Below, piece by piece: positions 29,743-32,000 of a stretch of DNA of 32,000 nucleotides. A program made the position numbers and the translations under genes. Under the pieces are notes generated by a model that saw only the letters and a list, made by a program, of their open reading frames with translations, had not been told where the DNA came from and searched no databases. The stretch's first letter is position 1; the number at the start of each line of letters is the position of its first letter. The stretch is from Methanocaldococcus jannaschii DSM 2661. Its GTDB lineage: Archaea; AGJL01; Methanococci; Methanococcales; Methanocaldococcaceae. The DNA is taken from contig NC_000909.1 of assembly GCF_000091665.1 (NCBI RefSeq), forward strand, positions 593,581 through 625,580, read 5' to 3'.

Positions 29743-29786
29743 GAGAAAGACCACATATTATGTTTGTTGGAGTTTGGGAAGGATAA
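29743..29786 (+). pseudogene. Displaced duplicate of the fibrillarin 3' end (EKDH..MFVGVWEG*) with a 2-nt insertion
   Basis: GAGAAAGACCACATATTATGTTTGTTGGAGTTTGGGAAGGATAA aligned to 29614-29658. Confidence 0.9.
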
Positions 29787-29840
29787 AGCTTTTTTAGATA
29801 AATTTAAAATTATTTTTTAGTAAAAATGTTTGGTGGGAAT

Positions 29841-30419
29841 ATGAGGATTTTTGAAGTAATGAGGGAAACAAAAGAGACTAATATTTACCTAAAAATAAAC
29901 ATTGATGGAACTGGAAAATATAAAATAGACACGGGTATTCCATTTTTTGACCATTTGTTGGCATCTTTTGCTAAACATGGATGTTTTGATTTGATTGTTA
30001 AGGCAAGAGGGGATTTGGAGATAGATGACCACCACACTGTTGAAGATGTTGGAATTTGCTTAGGTTTAGCCTTAAATCAGATTGAAAAGAGGAATATTTT
30101 TAGATTCGGCTGGGCTATAATTCCAATGGACGATGCAAGGGCTACTGTAGCGATAGATTTAAGTGGAAGGAGTTATTGTGTAGGAAATTATGAGCCAAAA
30201 AGAGAGTTTGTTGGAGACTTAGCAACTGAGAATATAAATCACTTTTTTGAGTCAGTTGCAAGTTATGGAATGCTAAATATCCATTATGAAGTTATTGGAA
30301 AGAATGAGCATCACAAGGCAGAGGCTTTGTTTAAGGCTTTTGGAGTAGCTTTAGATTTAGCTACAAAAATTGATGAAAGGAAGGGAGTTATAAGCACTAA
30401 GGGAGAGGTTAAGCTATAA
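29841..30419 (+). CDS. hisB: Imidazoleglycerol-phosphate dehydratase
   Basis: [33 protein letters not shown], and [33 protein letters not shown]. Confidence 0.95.
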   Translation: MRIFEVMRETKETNIYLKINIDGTGKYKIDTGIPFFDHLLASFAKHGCFDLIVKARGDLEIDDHHTVEDVGICLGLALNQIEKRNIFRFGWAIIPMDDARATVAIDLSGRSYCVGNYEPKREFVGDLATENINHFFESVASYGMLNIHYEVIGKNEHHKAEALFKAFGVALDLATKIDERKGVISTKGEVKL

Positions 30420-30574
30420 AAATTCTTTTTTATCATCTCTAAAAAAATATTTTTAAATCTCTAAAAGAATGTAATTTTAATTATTCAACAAATTTTAACC
30501 TTATCTATTTGAATATTCTATCCATAACAGTCTAATTTTACTGATGAAAATAGATTAGATATACAAAAACTTCG

Positions 30575-30673
30575 TTTCCATCCTCCAAGAGGTCTGATTT
30601 TAATCTCGGAGACATATTCGACCTATGGAGAGCAGACACTAACTTTCCATCCTCCAAGAGGTCTGATTTTAAT
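30575..30673 (-). CRISPR. Minimal CRISPR array: two identical 30-bp repeats flanking one 39-bp spacer
   Basis: TTTCCATCCTCCAAGAGGTCTGATTTTAAT at 30575-30604 and 30644-30673. Spacer 30605-30643. The reverse-strand repeat ends in GGAAA. Confidence 0.85.
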
Positions 30674-31113
30674 AGGAGACTTATCCACAATATAATTTAT
30701 ACGACTCTCCTAATATTTAAGCTTTTCCATACCTTATTTTTCTAAGGTTAAATAACCATCTTATAATATAAACCTTTTAGTATTTAAATCTTTTCTCCCT
30801 TTAATAAAACAGAGTATTTTTATCTTTCTAAATTCAAAAATTTAACTTATTTGTTAGAGAAATTTTATTTACTTGCCTAATTAATCTTAATTTTTAAAAA
30901 TCCAAATAATTTAATTAAGTTAAATATTCTAAACAATCAAACCAGCAAACCCTTAGAAATTAAATTTAAAACCTCTAAATAAATAAATAATTCCTAAATA
31001 CTCTCATTTCTAAATTCCAAACTTATACAACAAGACAATCCATAAACCAAATAACAAAATTAAAAATCCTAAAACCCTAATAATAAATTATAAACAAATA
31101 TTCTATAAATGTC
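30674..31113 (-). promoter_or_regulatory. AT-rich, G-depleted (on + strand) region, probable CRISPR leader
   Basis: About 440 bp non-coding with few G residues on the + strand, on the leader-proximal side predicted from repeat orientation. Confidence 0.5.
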
Positions 31114-32000
31114 TTATTCTTCATTTTCCATTAAGCTAAAATCTACAACATCTCCCTTTTCACATCTTGTAACTACAGAAGCAATAATATTCTTTGAAAA
31201 CAAAATGGCATTTGTTGGTTTTATAAAGGTAAAGACAGCTTTAAAGCCCTCATCTACTAAACCAACATTCTCAAGCTTTAATATCTTTGCGTTGTTTATT
31301 GTTGCCATTCTCAAGATATCCTTTGGTTCTATGTGGTAGAGCTTATAAATGAAGTCCATTTCTTTAAATATTGAAGGAGAGTTTGCCATAAAGTTATCTG
31401 TTCCAATCCCAACCAATAAGTTGTCGTTAAGCTCATTCAACTTTGGCATTCCTACATTAAAGGATAGATTAGCTCTTACACAAGCAACAACTGGAATATT
31501 ATTTTCTTTTAATAGCTCTAAGTCATTATCTGTTAAATGTGTCCCATGAACAATAAAATCTGGTTTTATTTTTAAATCTATTAATCTCTCAACCTCTGTC
31601 ATACCATATTTGTTTAAGCTGTATTCCACAGCCCCCCTATGCTCAGCTGCGTGTATGGCAAATAATTTCTTATCATCTTTTTCTTTAAACTTCTTAAAGA
31701 TTTTAAAAATCAATTTTAGCTCATCATCTTTAAACTCATTAGCCCCACTTAGCCCTAAACCATTAGAGACTTTTAAAACTTCTTCAATCTCATCTTTATC
31801 AACCTTTATAGGCCTTCCTAAGATTATTGCCTTTGGATAATCATAGCATTTTAAAGCTTTATTTAATAGACTAATCCCTCTTACTCCATTTTCTCTAAAA
31901 TCACAAAAATATTTTATTCCATGCTCTCTCATATCTCCTAAACCAAGTTTCATGCCTTCAGCTAATAAATCATCGCTACACTCAGTCAAATATCTATGCT
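31114..32000 (-). CDS. Amidohydrolase family protein (5' end beyond window edge)
   Basis: FAIHAAEHRGAVEYSL, PDFIVHGTHLTDNDLELL, and NLLVGIGTDNFMANSPSIFKEMDF. The frame stays open to 32000 (HRYLTECSDD...). Confidence 0.88.
   Translation of the reverse strand, partial: HRYLTECSDDLLAEGMKLGLGDMREHGIKYFCDFRENGVRGISLLNKALKCYDYPKAIILGRPIKVDKDEIEEVLKVSNGLGLSGANEFKDDELKLIFKIFKKFKEKDDKKLFAIHAAEHRGAVEYSLNKYGMTEVERLIDLKIKPDFIVHGTHLTDNDLELLKENNIPVVACVRANLSFNVGMPKLNELNDNLLVGIGTDNFMANSPSIFKEMDFIYKLYHIEPKDILRMATINNAKILKLENVGLVDEGFKAVFTFIKPTNAILFSKNIIASVVTRCEKGDVVDFSLMENEE

Noticed and set aside
30541-30604. Possible C/D box sRNA (TGATGA at 30542-30547, CTGA inside the CRISPR repeat)
   Set aside because: The CTGA belongs to the invariant CRISPR repeat and no convincing internal C'/D' pair was seen. 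Chance co-occurrence is likely.

Overview
This 32 kb window is an archaeal chromosome segment with very low GC. Gene content and order match Methanocaldococcus jannaschii or a very close relative (recognised from the protein sequences, not searched). Most of it is housekeeping: AMP phosphorylase C-terminus, DEAD-box helicase, RibD-like reductase, rps8e, bpsA, hypE, pdxS, split transketolase with rpe between the halves, rtcB with a 488-aa intein, aminotransferase, PDCD5-like protein, rps19e, tRNA-Cys, nop5, fibrillarin, hisB, and a partial amidohydrolase. rpl39e is also present but absent from the ORF track. The main finding is a repeated architecture at four gene 3' ends (hypE, rpl39e, tRNA-Cys, fibrillarin). 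Each intact 3' end is followed by a small structured spacer (about 55-127 bp) and then a second, displaced copy of the same gene's 3' end in the same orientation. In the hypE copy, 10 of 10 nucleotide differences over 20 codons are third-position synonymous changes. In rpl39e, 2 of 2 are. This points to a diverged homologous 3' end being brought in, as in integrase-type attP/attB exchange, rather than a simple duplication that later drifted. The spacers share modules: a 29-bp palindromic module at three loci and a 40-bp hairpin module with a compensatory base-pair change at two loci. The rpl39e spacer carries both. A separate pair of MITE-like elements (107-112 bp, 16-17 bp perfect terminal inverted repeats, central 10-bp hairpin) lies in two divergent intergenic regions. 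Other observations include two untracked small membrane ORFs in a putative four-gene operon between nop5 and fibrillarin, a two-repeat CRISPR mini-array with a G-depleted leader-like region, and a GC-rich island just downstream of a TATA-like box, a candidate small RNA.
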